From IMG/VR virus record IMGVR_UViG_2690316109_000019, positions 1-33,696 of that record: a DNA stretch of 33,696 nt; one strand, 5' to 3'. This DNA comes from a virus (lineage: Duplodnaviria; Heunggongvirae; Uroviricota; Caudoviricetes). Both the position numbers and the translations under genes were made by a program. Of the stretch, positions 25,874 through 33,696 are shown piece by piece; within the stretch, counting starts at the first letter, position 1; each line of letters begins with the position of its first letter. A model generated the notes under the pieces. It was not told the origin of the DNA, ran no database searches, and worked only from the letters and a program-made list of their open reading frames with translations.

Positions 25874-26839
25874 ATGACCAGTATATTTATATCCTATGCC
25901 AGAGAAGACTTTTTAATTGCAAAAAAACTAACCGAAGAACTAAATCGACATGAGTACAAGGTGTTTTTGGATCAACAATCGATTCAGCTTGGGGCTCATT
26001 GGCAAGAAGATATACTGAAGCATTTAAAAAATGCGGATGTATTTATCGCACTTGTTACTGAACATAGCGATAAGTCTTATTATTTTAATGCAGAGGTTAC
26101 TGGCGCTATATCCTATGTAGCTCATAGCAATCGGGATAAACTTATTTTGCCAGTGGTGCTGGATAAAGAAGTGCTTAATGATAGCGATCTTGGGGCCTTC
26201 CAAGCATTATTCGCACGCTCTGATGATATGACATACCTCGTACATGAAATTGTGAATGCTATCAGCCGCTTCGAAGGTGCCCGACTAGCTCAGGAAGAGA
26301 TAAAAGAAATTCGAGCACAAGTTCTTAAAGATGAATCAGCCGATTACATAAGCGAAACAATTGAGGATCTTAAGGCGCGCGAAAAAGCTGGTCGCCAATT
26401 ATCGTCAAGATGGCATTTTGCTGGATATGCGGCATTAATACTTTCTGTCATTTTCGTATTTATTCTTTGGTATTTGGCTGAGCGTTCATTTGTACAATCA
26501 CCTCTTGATACCACTAGACTGGTTTTCGATGCCATTAAGGGCGTAACGGTTGTTGCGTTACTTTTGGGCTTGGCAAGATATTCATTTTTAATGGCGAAAA
26601 CTCATCAATTAGAAGCTTTGAAGAACGCCGATCGTCTGCACGCCATTTCTTTCGGGAAATTTTATATGCGCGTTTTCTCTACGCAAATATCTCAATCTGA
26701 ATTAAAAGAAGTATTTCAACATTGGAATACTTCAGGGGCGTCAGATTTGTCGCATCTTGATGTAGATAAAATTGACTCGCGATTTATTGAACTCTTTGGG
26801 AAAATTGCATCAAGATTTGATGGCAAAAATAAACCTTAA
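25874..26839 (+). CDS. TIR-domain protein with two C-terminal transmembrane helices, candidate abortive-infection / defence effector
   Basis: 321 aa; N-terminal TIR signature 'IFISYAREDF ... KVFLD ... WQEDIL ... ADVFIALVTEHSDKSYYFNAEV' with a putative catalytic Glu near residue 74; coiled-coil linker; two hydrophobic helices ('AGYAALILSVIFVFILWYLA', 'VTVVALLLGLARYSFLMA'); AT-rich, at the P2 Z/fun cargo position. Confidence 0.85.
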   Translation: MTSIFISYAREDFLIAKKLTEELNRHEYKVFLDQQSIQLGAHWQEDILKHLKNADVFIALVTEHSDKSYYFNAEVTGAISYVAHSNRDKLILPVVLDKEVLNDSDLGAFQALFARSDDMTYLVHEIVNAISRFEGARLAQEEIKEIRAQVLKDESADYISETIEDLKAREKAGRQLSSRWHFAGYAALILSVIFVFILWYLAERSFVQSPLDTTRLVFDAIKGVTVVALLLGLARYSFLMAKTHQLEALKNADRLHAISFGKFYMRVFSTQISQSELKEVFQHWNTSGASDLSHLDVDKIDSRFIELFGKIASRFDGKNKP

Positions 26840-26970
26840 CTAAGGATTCTTCTTGTCAGGGCTGGTAATTAATTTAAGCCCGCTATTCGCTCAAAGCAGA
26901 CTATCAGATTTGATAGCGTTTGGGCTATGTAAATTGTCAGTCGGAAAATGAGTGAGTGCAAGTCAGGACA

Positions 26971-26997
26971 GGCGGGCGAATTGCCCGCCTTTTCTTT
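26971..26997 (+). terminator. Rho-independent terminator after the TIR gene
   Basis: 'ggcgggc gaatt gcccgcc ttttcttt': 7-bp GC stem followed by a T-run. Confidence 0.75.
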
Positions 26998-27093
26998 ATC
27001 TGTTGTTTCATCCACTGACCAGACAGGTCAAATAGCGTCTCAGGCACTGCCCAATAGAAAATAGTTGCACCCATTAACCACGGAGTTAAACGG

Positions 27094-28284
27094 ATGAGTG
27101 ACTATCATCACGGCGTGCAGGTGCTGGAGATTAACGACGGCACCCGCGTCATTTCCACCGTATCCACCGCCATTGTCGGCATGGTCTGCACGGCCAGCGA
27201 TGCGGATGCGGAAATCTTCCCCCTCAATAAACCGGTGCTGATTACCAATGTGCAGAGCGCAATTGCAAAGGCCGGTAAAAAAGGCACGCTGGCGGCATCG
27301 TTGCAGGCCATCGCCGACCAGTCAAAACCGGTCACCGTTGTCGTGCGTGTGGAAGACGGCACCGGCGAAGACGAAGAAACGAAACTCGCGCAGACTGTTT
27401 CCAATATCATCGGAACCACCGACGAAAACGGTCAGTACACCGGACTGAAAGCCCTGCTGGCGGCGGAGTCGGTAACCGGTGTTAAACCGCGTATTCTTGG
27501 TGTGCCGGGGCTGGATACCAAAGAGGTGGCTGTTGCACTGGCATCAGTCTGTCAGAAGCTGCGCGCTTTCGGGTATATCAGCGCATGGGGCTGTAAAACC
27601 ATTTCTGAGGTGAAAGCCTACCGCCAGAATTTCAGCCAGCGTGAGCTGATGGTCATCTGGCCGGATTTCCTCGCATGGGATACGGTCGCCAGTACCACCG
27701 CCACCGCGTATGCCACCGCCCGTGCGCTGGGCCTGCGCGCTAAAATCGACCAGGAGCAGGGCTGGCATAAAACGCTGTCCAACGTCGGGGTAAACGGTGT
27801 TACCGGCATCAGTGCCTCTGTATTCTGGGATTTGCAGGAGTCCGGCACCGATGCTGACCTGTTGAACGAGTCAGGTGTCACAACGCTGATTCGCCGTGAC
27901 GGTTTCCGCTTCTGGGGTAACCGTACCTGCTCTGATGACCCGCTGTTCCTCTTTGAAAACTACACCCGCACCGCGCAGGTGCTGGCCGACACGATGGCTG
28001 AGGCGCACATGTGGGCGGTGGACAAGCCCATCACTGCAACGCTGATTCGCGACATCGTTGACGGCATCAATGCCAAATTCCGTGAGCTGAAAACAAACGG
28101 CTATATCGTGGATGCGACCTGCTGGTTCAGCGAAGAATCCAACGATGCGGAAACCCTCAAGGCCGGAAAACTGTATATCGACTACGACTATACCCCGGTG
28201 CCTCCTCTTGAAAACCTGACCCTGCGCCAGCGTATCACCGATAAATATCTGGCAAATCTGGTCACCTCGGTTAACAGCAATTAA
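27094..28284 (+). CDS. FI: Tail sheath protein
   Basis: 396 aa, same length as P2 FI. Confidence 0.93.
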   Translation: MSDYHHGVQVLEINDGTRVISTVSTAIVGMVCTASDADAEIFPLNKPVLITNVQSAIAKAGKKGTLAASLQAIADQSKPVTVVVRVEDGTGEDEETKLAQTVSNIIGTTDENGQYTGLKALLAAESVTGVKPRILGVPGLDTKEVAVALASVCQKLRAFGYISAWGCKTISEVKAYRQNFSQRELMVIWPDFLAWDTVASTTATAYATARALGLRAKIDQEQGWHKTLSNVGVNGVTGISASVFWDLQESGTDADLLNESGVTTLIRRDGFRFWGNRTCSDDPLFLFENYTRTAQVLADTMAEAHMWAVDKPITATLIRDIVDGINAKFRELKTNGYIVDATCWFSEESNDAETLKAGKLYIDYDYTPVPPLENLTLRQRITDKYLANLVTSVNSN

Positions 28285-28296
28285 GGAGCCTGACCG

Positions 28297-28815
28297 ATGG
28301 CAATGCCGCGCAAACTCAAGTTAATGAACGTCTTTCTGAACGGCTACAGCTATCAGGGCGTTGCAAAGTCCGTCACGCTGCCAAAACTGACCCGTAAGCT
28401 CGAAAACTATCGCGGTGCGGGGATGAACGGCAGCGCACCGGTAGACCTCGGCCTTGATGACGATGCCCTGTCAATGGAGTGGTCGCTCGGTGGTTTCCCG
28501 GATTCGGTTATCTGGGAGCTTTACGCAGCAACCGGTGTGGATGCCGTGCCGATTCGTTTTGCAGGCTCTTACCAGCGCGACGATACCGGCGAAACGGTGG
28601 CCGTCGAGGTGGTCATGCGTGGACGTCAGAAAGAAATCGACACCGGCGAGGGTAAACAGGGAGAAGACACCGAGTCGAAAATCTCTGTGGTCTGCACCTA
28701 TTTCCGGCTGACGATGGGCGGTAAGGAGCTGGTCGAAATCGACACCATCAACATGATTGAGAAGGTGAACGGCGTCGACCGGCTGGAGCAACACCGCCGA
28801 AATATCGGCCTGTGA
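28297..28815 (+). CDS. FII: Tail tube protein
   Basis: 172 aa, same length as P2 FII. Confidence 0.93.
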   Translation: MAMPRKLKLMNVFLNGYSYQGVAKSVTLPKLTRKLENYRGAGMNGSAPVDLGLDDDALSMEWSLGGFPDSVIWELYAATGVDAVPIRFAGSYQRDDTGETVAVEVVMRGRQKEIDTGEGKQGEDTESKISVVCTYFRLTMGGKELVEIDTINMIEKVNGVDRLEQHRRNIGL

Positions 28816-28822
28816 TTTTCAT

Positions 28823-28843
28823 CCGGTCAGCCTGGCTGACCGG
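28823..28843. promoter_or_regulatory. Perfect palindrome between FII and E
   Basis: 'ccggtcagcc t ggctgaccgg': 10-bp perfect inverted repeat; no T-run; possible RNA structure or attenuator. Confidence 0.4.
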
Positions 28844-28871
28844 TTAACCCTGATTCAGAAGTGAGAAAACC

Positions 28872-29147
28872 ATGAACAAAGAAAATGTGATTACCCTGGA
28901 CAATCCGGTCAAGCGTGGTGAGCAGGTTATCGAACAGGTCACGCTGATGAAACCCAATGCCGGGACGCTGCGCGGTGTCAGTCTGGCTGCGGTCGCAAAC
29001 TCCGAAGTCGATGCACTGATTAAAGTGCTGCCGCGCATGACGGCACCGATGCTGACCGAGCAGGAAGTCGCCGCGCTGGAACTGCCTGACCTTGTGGCGC
29101 TGGCCGGTAAGGTGGTCGGTTTTTTGTCGCCGAACTCGGTGCAGTGA
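28872..29147 (+). CDS. E: Tail assembly chaperone E
   Basis: 91 aa, same length as P2 gpE; upstream of the tape-measure gene. Confidence 0.85.
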   Translation: MNKENVITLDNPVKRGEQVIEQVTLMKPNAGTLRGVSLAAVANSEVDALIKVLPRMTAPMLTEQEVAALELPDLVALAGKVVGFLSPNSVQ

Positions 29148-29299
29148 CGTTTCCGAAAAATCTGTCGGTCGATGACCTGATGGCGGATGTGGCAGTGATA
29201 TTTCACTGGCCGCCATCAGAACTGTATTCCATGAGCCTGACCGAACTCATCACATGGCGCGAAAAGGCGCTCCGGCGAAGCGGAAACACGAATGAGTAA
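28872..29299 (+). CDS. E': E+E' tail assembly chaperone made by programmed -1 ribosomal frameshift
   Basis: Slippery heptamer T TTT TTG at 29120-29126 near the end of E; the -1 frame stays open to the TAA at 29297-29299, overlapping the start of T; the equivalent arrangement is known for P2 E/E' and lambda G/GT. Confidence 0.6.
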
Positions 29300-31739
29300 C
29301 AATGTAAAATTACAGGTATTGCTCAGGGCTGTTGACCAGGCATCCCGACCGTTTAAATCCATCCGTACAGCGAGTAAGTCGCTGTCGGGGGATATCCGGG
29401 ACACACAAAAATCACTGCGCGAGCTGAATGGTCACGCATCCCGTATTGAGGGATTTCGCAAGACCAGTGCACAGCTCGCCGTGACTGGTCAGGAACTGAA
29501 AAAAGCCAGACAGGAAGCCGCAGCTCTGGCTGTCCAGTTTAAAAATACTGAACGACCGACAAATGCACAGGCAAAGGCAATGGAAGCCGCGCGTAAAAAT
29601 GCGTCTGAGTTACAGGCGAAATATAACAGCCTGAGATTGTCGGTACAGCGCCAGCGTCAGGAATTGAGTCAGGCGGGTATTAATACCCGTAATCTGGCGC
29701 ATGATGAACGAGGGTTGAAAAACCGTATCAGTGAAACCACCGCACAGCTTAACCGGCAGCGTGACGCGCTGGCGCGTGTCAGTGCGCAACAGGCAAAACT
29801 TAACGCAGTCAAACAGCGTTATCAGGCCGGCAAGGAACTGGCCGGAAATATGGCCTCAGTGGGCGCTGCCGGTGTGGGGATTGCGGCGGCGGGAACGATG
29901 GCCGGAGTTAAGCTGCTGATGCCCGGTTATGAGTTTGCGCAGAAAAACTCAGAATTACAGGCTGTGCTCGGAGTGGCAAAAGACTCCGCCGAAATGGCCG
30001 CGCTCCGCAAACAGGCGCGCCAGCTCGGCGACAACACCGCCGCCTCGGCGGATGATGCAGCCGGTGCGCAGATTATCATTGCAAAAGCCGGTGGGGATGT
30101 TGATGCCATTCAGGCGGCAACGCCGGTCACGCTGAATATGGCGCTGGCGAACCGTCGCACGATGGAAGAAAACGCCGCCCTGTTGATGGGGATGAAATCC
30201 GCCTTTCAGCTTTCAAACGATAAGGTCGCTCATATCGGGGATGTTCTCTCCATGACGATGAACAAAACCGCCGCCGATTTTGACGGCATGAGCGATGCGC
30301 TGACCTATGCCGCACCTGTGGCAAAAAATGCCGGTGTCAGCATTGAAGAAACCGCCGCAATGGTCGGGGCGCTGCATGATGCAAAAATCACAGGCTCAAT
30401 GGCGGGGACGGGAAGCCGTGCCGTGTTAAGTCGCCTGCAGGCACCAACGGGAAAAGCATGGGATGCACTCAAAGAGCTTGGCGTAAAAACCTCAGACAGT
30501 AAGGGGAATACCCGACCAGTATTTACCATTCTGAAAGAAATGCAGGCCAGTTTTGAGAAAAACCGGCTCGGTACTGCCCAGCAGGCTGAATACATGAAAA
30601 CCATTTTCGGGGAGGAGGCCAGCTCAGCCGCCGCCGTGCTGATGACTGCCGCCTCAACCGGAAAGCTGGACAAACTGACCGCTGCGTTTAAAGCCTCAGA
30701 CGGGAAGACCGCCGAGCTGGTAAATATCATGCAGGACAACCTCGGCGGTGACTTTAAAGAGTTTCAGTCCGCTTATGAGGCGGTGGGGACTGACCTGTTT
30801 GACCAGCAGGAAGGCGCACTGCGTAAGCTCACGCAGACGTCCACAAAGTATGTGTTAAAACTCGACGGCTGGATCCAGAAAAACAAATCACTGGCGTCAA
30901 CCATCGGCATCATTGTCGGTGGTGCACTGGCACTGATTGGTGTCATCGGTGCCATTGGCCTCGTAGCCTGGCCGGTTATCACCGGCATCAATGCCATCAT
31001 CGCGGCAGCAGGCGCAATGGGGGCAATCTTCACGACGGTTGGCAGTGCTGTTATGACCGCCATCGGAGCGATTAGCTGGCCGGTTGTGGCCGTGGTGGCC
31101 GCCATTGTCGCCGGGGCGTTGCTTATCCGTAAATACTGGGAGCCTGTCAGCGCATTCTTTGGCGGTGTGGTGGAAGGGCTGAAAGCGGCATTTGCGCCGG
31201 TGGGGGAGCTGTTCACGCCACTGAAACCGGTGTTTGACTGGCTGGGCGAAAAGTTACAGGCCGCGTGGCAGTGGTTTAAAAAACTGATTGCCCCGGTCAA
31301 AGCCACCCAGGACACCCTGAACCGTTGCCGTGACACGGGCGTCATGTTCGGGCAGGCACTGGCTGACGCGCTGATGCTGCCGCTTAATGCGTTCAACAAA
31401 CTGCGCAGCGGTATTGACTGGGTACTGGAAAAACTCGGTGTTATCAACAAAGAGTCAGACACACTTGACCAGACCGCCGCCAGAACTCATGCCGCCACGT
31501 ATGGCACCGGTGGTTATATTCCGGCGACCAGCTCTTATGCAGGCTATCAGGCTTATCAGCCGGTTACGGCACCGGCTGGCCGCTCTTATGTGGACCAGAG
31601 TAAAAACGAATATCACATCAGTCTGACGGGCGGTACTGCGCCGGGGACTCAGCTCGACCGCCAGTTACAGGATGCGCTCGAAAAATACGAGCGGGATAAA
31701 CGTGCGCGCGCCCGTGCCAGCATGATGCATGACGGTTAA
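29292..31739 (+). CDS. T: Tail tape-measure protein
   Basis: 815 aa, same length as P2 gpT; N-terminal coiled-coil region and central Gly/Ala-rich hydrophobic segment. Confidence 0.93.
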   Translation: MSNNVKLQVLLRAVDQASRPFKSIRTASKSLSGDIRDTQKSLRELNGHASRIEGFRKTSAQLAVTGQELKKARQEAAALAVQFKNTERPTNAQAKAMEAARKNASELQAKYNSLRLSVQRQRQELSQAGINTRNLAHDERGLKNRISETTAQLNRQRDALARVSAQQAKLNAVKQRYQAGKELAGNMASVGAAGVGIAAAGTMAGVKLLMPGYEFAQKNSELQAVLGVAKDSAEMAALRKQARQLGDNTAASADDAAGAQIIIAKAGGDVDAIQAATPVTLNMALANRRTMEENAALLMGMKSAFQLSNDKVAHIGDVLSMTMNKTAADFDGMSDALTYAAPVAKNAGVSIEETAAMVGALHDAKITGSMAGTGSRAVLSRLQAPTGKAWDALKELGVKTSDSKGNTRPVFTILKEMQASFEKNRLGTAQQAEYMKTIFGEEASSAAAVLMTAASTGKLDKLTAAFKASDGKTAELVNIMQDNLGGDFKEFQSAYEAVGTDLFDQQEGALRKLTQTSTKYVLKLDGWIQKNKSLASTIGIIVGGALALIGVIGAIGLVAWPVITGINAIIAAAGAMGAIFTTVGSAVMTAIGAISWPVVAVVAAIVAGALLIRKYWEPVSAFFGGVVEGLKAAFAPVGELFTPLKPVFDWLGEKLQAAWQWFKKLIAPVKATQDTLNRCRDTGVMFGQALADALMLPLNAFNKLRSGIDWVLEKLGVINKESDTLDQTAARTHAATYGTGGYIPATSSYAGYQAYQPVTAPAGRSYVDQSKNEYHISLTGGTAPGTQLDRQLQDALEKYERDKRARARASMMHDG

Positions 31740-31753
31740 GGAGGTGACGAAAA

Positions 31754-32233
31754 ATGATGCTCGCGTTAGGTATGTTTGTTTTTATGCGCCAGACGCTGCC
31801 ACACCAGACCATGCAGCGTGAATCAGATTATCGCTGGCCGTCAAATTCCCGTATCGGTAAACGGGATGCCTTTCAGTTTCTCGGTGTTGGCGAGGAAAAC
31901 ATCACGCTTGCCGGTGTGCTTTATCCCGAACTGACCGGCGGAAAGCTGACGATGACCACGCTCAGGCTGATGGCAGAGGAAGGCCGGGCGTGGCCGTTGC
32001 TGGATGGCACAGGCATGATTTACGGCATGTATGTCATCAGCAGGGTGAGTGAAACAGGGAGTATTTTCTTTGCAGACGGCACACCCCGGAAAATTGATTT
32101 TACGCTGTCACTCACCCGCGTGGATGAATCACTGGCCGCGCTTTATGGCGATATCGGTAAACAGGCGGAATCGCTCATCGGTAAAGCTGGCAGTATGGCG
32201 ACCAGATTCACGGGTATGACGGGGGAGGGATAA
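31754..32233 (+). CDS. U: Tail protein U
   Basis: 159 aa, same length as P2 gpU; AAGGAGGTGA ribosome-binding site. Confidence 0.9.
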   Translation: MMLALGMFVFMRQTLPHQTMQRESDYRWPSNSRIGKRDAFQFLGVGEENITLAGVLYPELTGGKLTMTTLRLMAEEGRAWPLLDGTGMIYGMYVISRVSETGSIFFADGTPRKIDFTLSLTRVDESLAALYGDIGKQAESLIGKAGSMATRFTGMTGEG

Positions 32234-33396
32234 TGCTGGATGCACTGACATTTGATGCAGGCAGTACGCTGACGCCGGATTACATGCTGATGCTCGACAG
32301 CAGGGATATTACCGGCAATATCAGCGACCGTCTGATGAGCATGACCCTGACGGATAACCGGGGCTTTGAGGCTGACCAGCTTGATATTGAACTGAACGAC
32401 GCCGACGGGCAGGTCGAACTGCCGGTTCGTGGCGCTGTCCTGACGGTGTATATCGGCTGGAAAGGTTTTGCCCTGGTATGCAAAGGGAAATTTACCGTTG
32501 ATGAGGTTGAACACCGGGGGGCGCCGGATGTGGTCACCATCCGTGCCCGGAGTGCAGATTTTCGCGGGACGCTCAATTCCCGCCGGGAAGGCTCATGGCA
32601 TGACACCACGCTCGGTGCGATTGTTGAGGCGATAGCCTCCCGTAACAGGCTGGAAGCCAGTGTCGCTCCGTCACTGGCCGGAATTAAAATTCCGCACATC
32701 GACCAGTCGCAGGAGTCTGATGCGAAATTCCTGACCCGTCTTGCAGAACGCAACGGCGGTGAGGTCTCGGTAAAAATGGGAAAACTGTTGTTTCTCAAAG
32801 CGGGGCAGGGGGTGACGGCCAGCGGTAAAAAAATCCCGCAGGTCACCATAACCCGCAGCGACGGCGACCGCCACCATTTTGCGATTGCTGACCGTGGAGC
32901 CTATACCGGCGTAACGGCAAAGTGGCTTCACACCAAAGACCCGAAGCCGCAAAAGCAGAAGGTAAAACTGAAACGCAAAAAGAAAGAAAAACACCTGCGC
33001 GCACTGGAGCACCCGAAAGCGAAACCAGTCACGCAGAAGAAAGCGCCAAAAGCACCGGAAGCGCGCGAAGGTGAATACATGGCCGGTGAGGCTGACAACG
33101 TTTTTGCCCTGACTACGGTATATGCCACGAAAGCGCAGGCCATGCGCGCCGCTCAGGCGAAGTGGGATAAACTGCAACGGGGTGTGGCGGAGTTCTCCAT
33201 CAGCCTGGCTACCGGTCGGGCAGATATTTACACGGAAACACCGGTTAAAGTGTCAGGCTTTAAGCGCGTCATAGACGAGCAGGACTGGACAATCACTAAG
33301 GTGACACATTTTCTGAATAATAGCGGCTTCACGACGTCCTTAGAGCTTGAGGTCAGGCTTTCTGATGTGGAGTACGAAACAGAAGATTATGAGTGA
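32233..33396 (+). CDS. D: Tail protein D (late control D family)
   Basis: 387 aa, same length as P2 gpD; ATGA coupling to U. Confidence 0.92.
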   Translation: MLDALTFDAGSTLTPDYMLMLDSRDITGNISDRLMSMTLTDNRGFEADQLDIELNDADGQVELPVRGAVLTVYIGWKGFALVCKGKFTVDEVEHRGAPDVVTIRARSADFRGTLNSRREGSWHDTTLGAIVEAIASRNRLEASVAPSLAGIKIPHIDQSQESDAKFLTRLAERNGGEVSVKMGKLLFLKAGQGVTASGKKIPQVTITRSDGDRHHFAIADRGAYTGVTAKWLHTKDPKPQKQKVKLKRKKKEKHLRALEHPKAKPVTQKKAPKAPEAREGEYMAGEADNVFALTTVYATKAQAMRAAQAKWDKLQRGVAEFSISLATGRADIYTETPVKVSGFKRVIDEQDWTITKVTHFLNNSGFTTSLELEVRLSDVEYETEDYE

Positions 33397-33477
33397 TGTC
33401 TTTTGTTTATCTGTTTGTTTTATAAGGATAAATTAACTAAAATGGCACTATCAACAAAACCGGAAGAGGTGCTCGCG

Positions 33478-33696
33478 ATGTTTCATTGTCCTTTATGCCA
33501 GCATGCCGCACATGCGCGTACAAGCCGCTATATCACTGACACGACAAAAGAGCGTTATCACCAGTGTCAGAACGTGAATTGCAGCGCCACGTTCATCACC
33601 TATGAGTCGGTACAGAGATACATCGTGAAGCCGGGAGAAGTCCACGCCGTAAGGCCGCACCCGTTGCCGTCAGGGCAGCAAATTATGTGGATGTAA
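33478..33696 (+). CDS. ogr: Late gene transcriptional activator Ogr (zinc finger)
   Basis: 72 aa from the internal ATG (MFHCPLCQHAAHARTSRYITDTTKERYHQCQNVNCSATF...); CxxC-N22-CxxC zinc finger; last gene before the attachment site, as in P2; stop codon is the final three bases of the window. Confidence 0.9.
   Translation: MFHCPLCQHAAHARTSRYITDTTKERYHQCQNVNCSATFITYESVQRYIVKPGEVHAVRPHPLPSGQQIMWM

Noticed and set aside
25874-26839. Thoeris (ThsA/ThsB) or Pycsar/CBASS assignment for the TIR gene
   Set aside because: No SIR2/SLOG ThsA-like gene, cyclase or CD-NTase is encoded adjacent to it; the flanking genes are tail structural genes, so a stand-alone TIR-TM protein is the better description
1-33696. 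CRISPR arrays, tRNA/rRNA genes, IS elements or transposases
   Set aside because: No spacer-repeat periodicity, no tRNA-like cloverleaf candidates noticed in the intergenic regions, and no transposase-like ORF; the only tandem repeat is the coding repeat in gene H

Overview
The window is essentially one complete P2-like (Peduovirus-type) temperate phage genome in prophage orientation. It runs from the 3' end of the integrase gene at position 1 to the stop codon of the late activator ogr at 33696, so both attachment sites lie outside the window. The backbone is a near gene-for-gene match in order and size to phage P2, called from synteny, protein lengths and recognisable motifs recalled from memory; no database search was run. 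Order: int, C repressor, cox, B, small early ORFs, replication gene A, cos, portal Q and terminase P (minus strand), capsid genes O-N-M-L, X, the lysis cassette Y-K-lysA-lysB-lysC, tail genes R-S, baseplate V-W-J-I, tail fibre H-G, sheath FI, tube FII, E/E' with a -1 frameshift, tape measure T, U, D and ogr. Three visibly AT-rich cargo insertions sit at the places where P2 itself carries accessory genes: (1) a two-gene cassette between cos and Q (7912-9847) encoding an ABC-type ATPase plus a small partner; (2) a membrane-anchored protein antisense to the late operon between S and V (19152-20225); (3) a TIR-domain protein with two C-terminal transmembrane helices between G and FI (25874-26839). 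All three are candidate anti-phage or superinfection-exclusion modules. I rank the ATPase pair and the TIR protein as the most likely novel systems. A TGT-fold (DpdA-like) protein translationally coupled to gene A in the early operon suggests 7-deazaguanine DNA modification. A small, strongly initiated hydrophobic ORF lies in the otherwise non-coding A-cos gap. No rRNA, tRNA, CRISPR array or IS element was seen.
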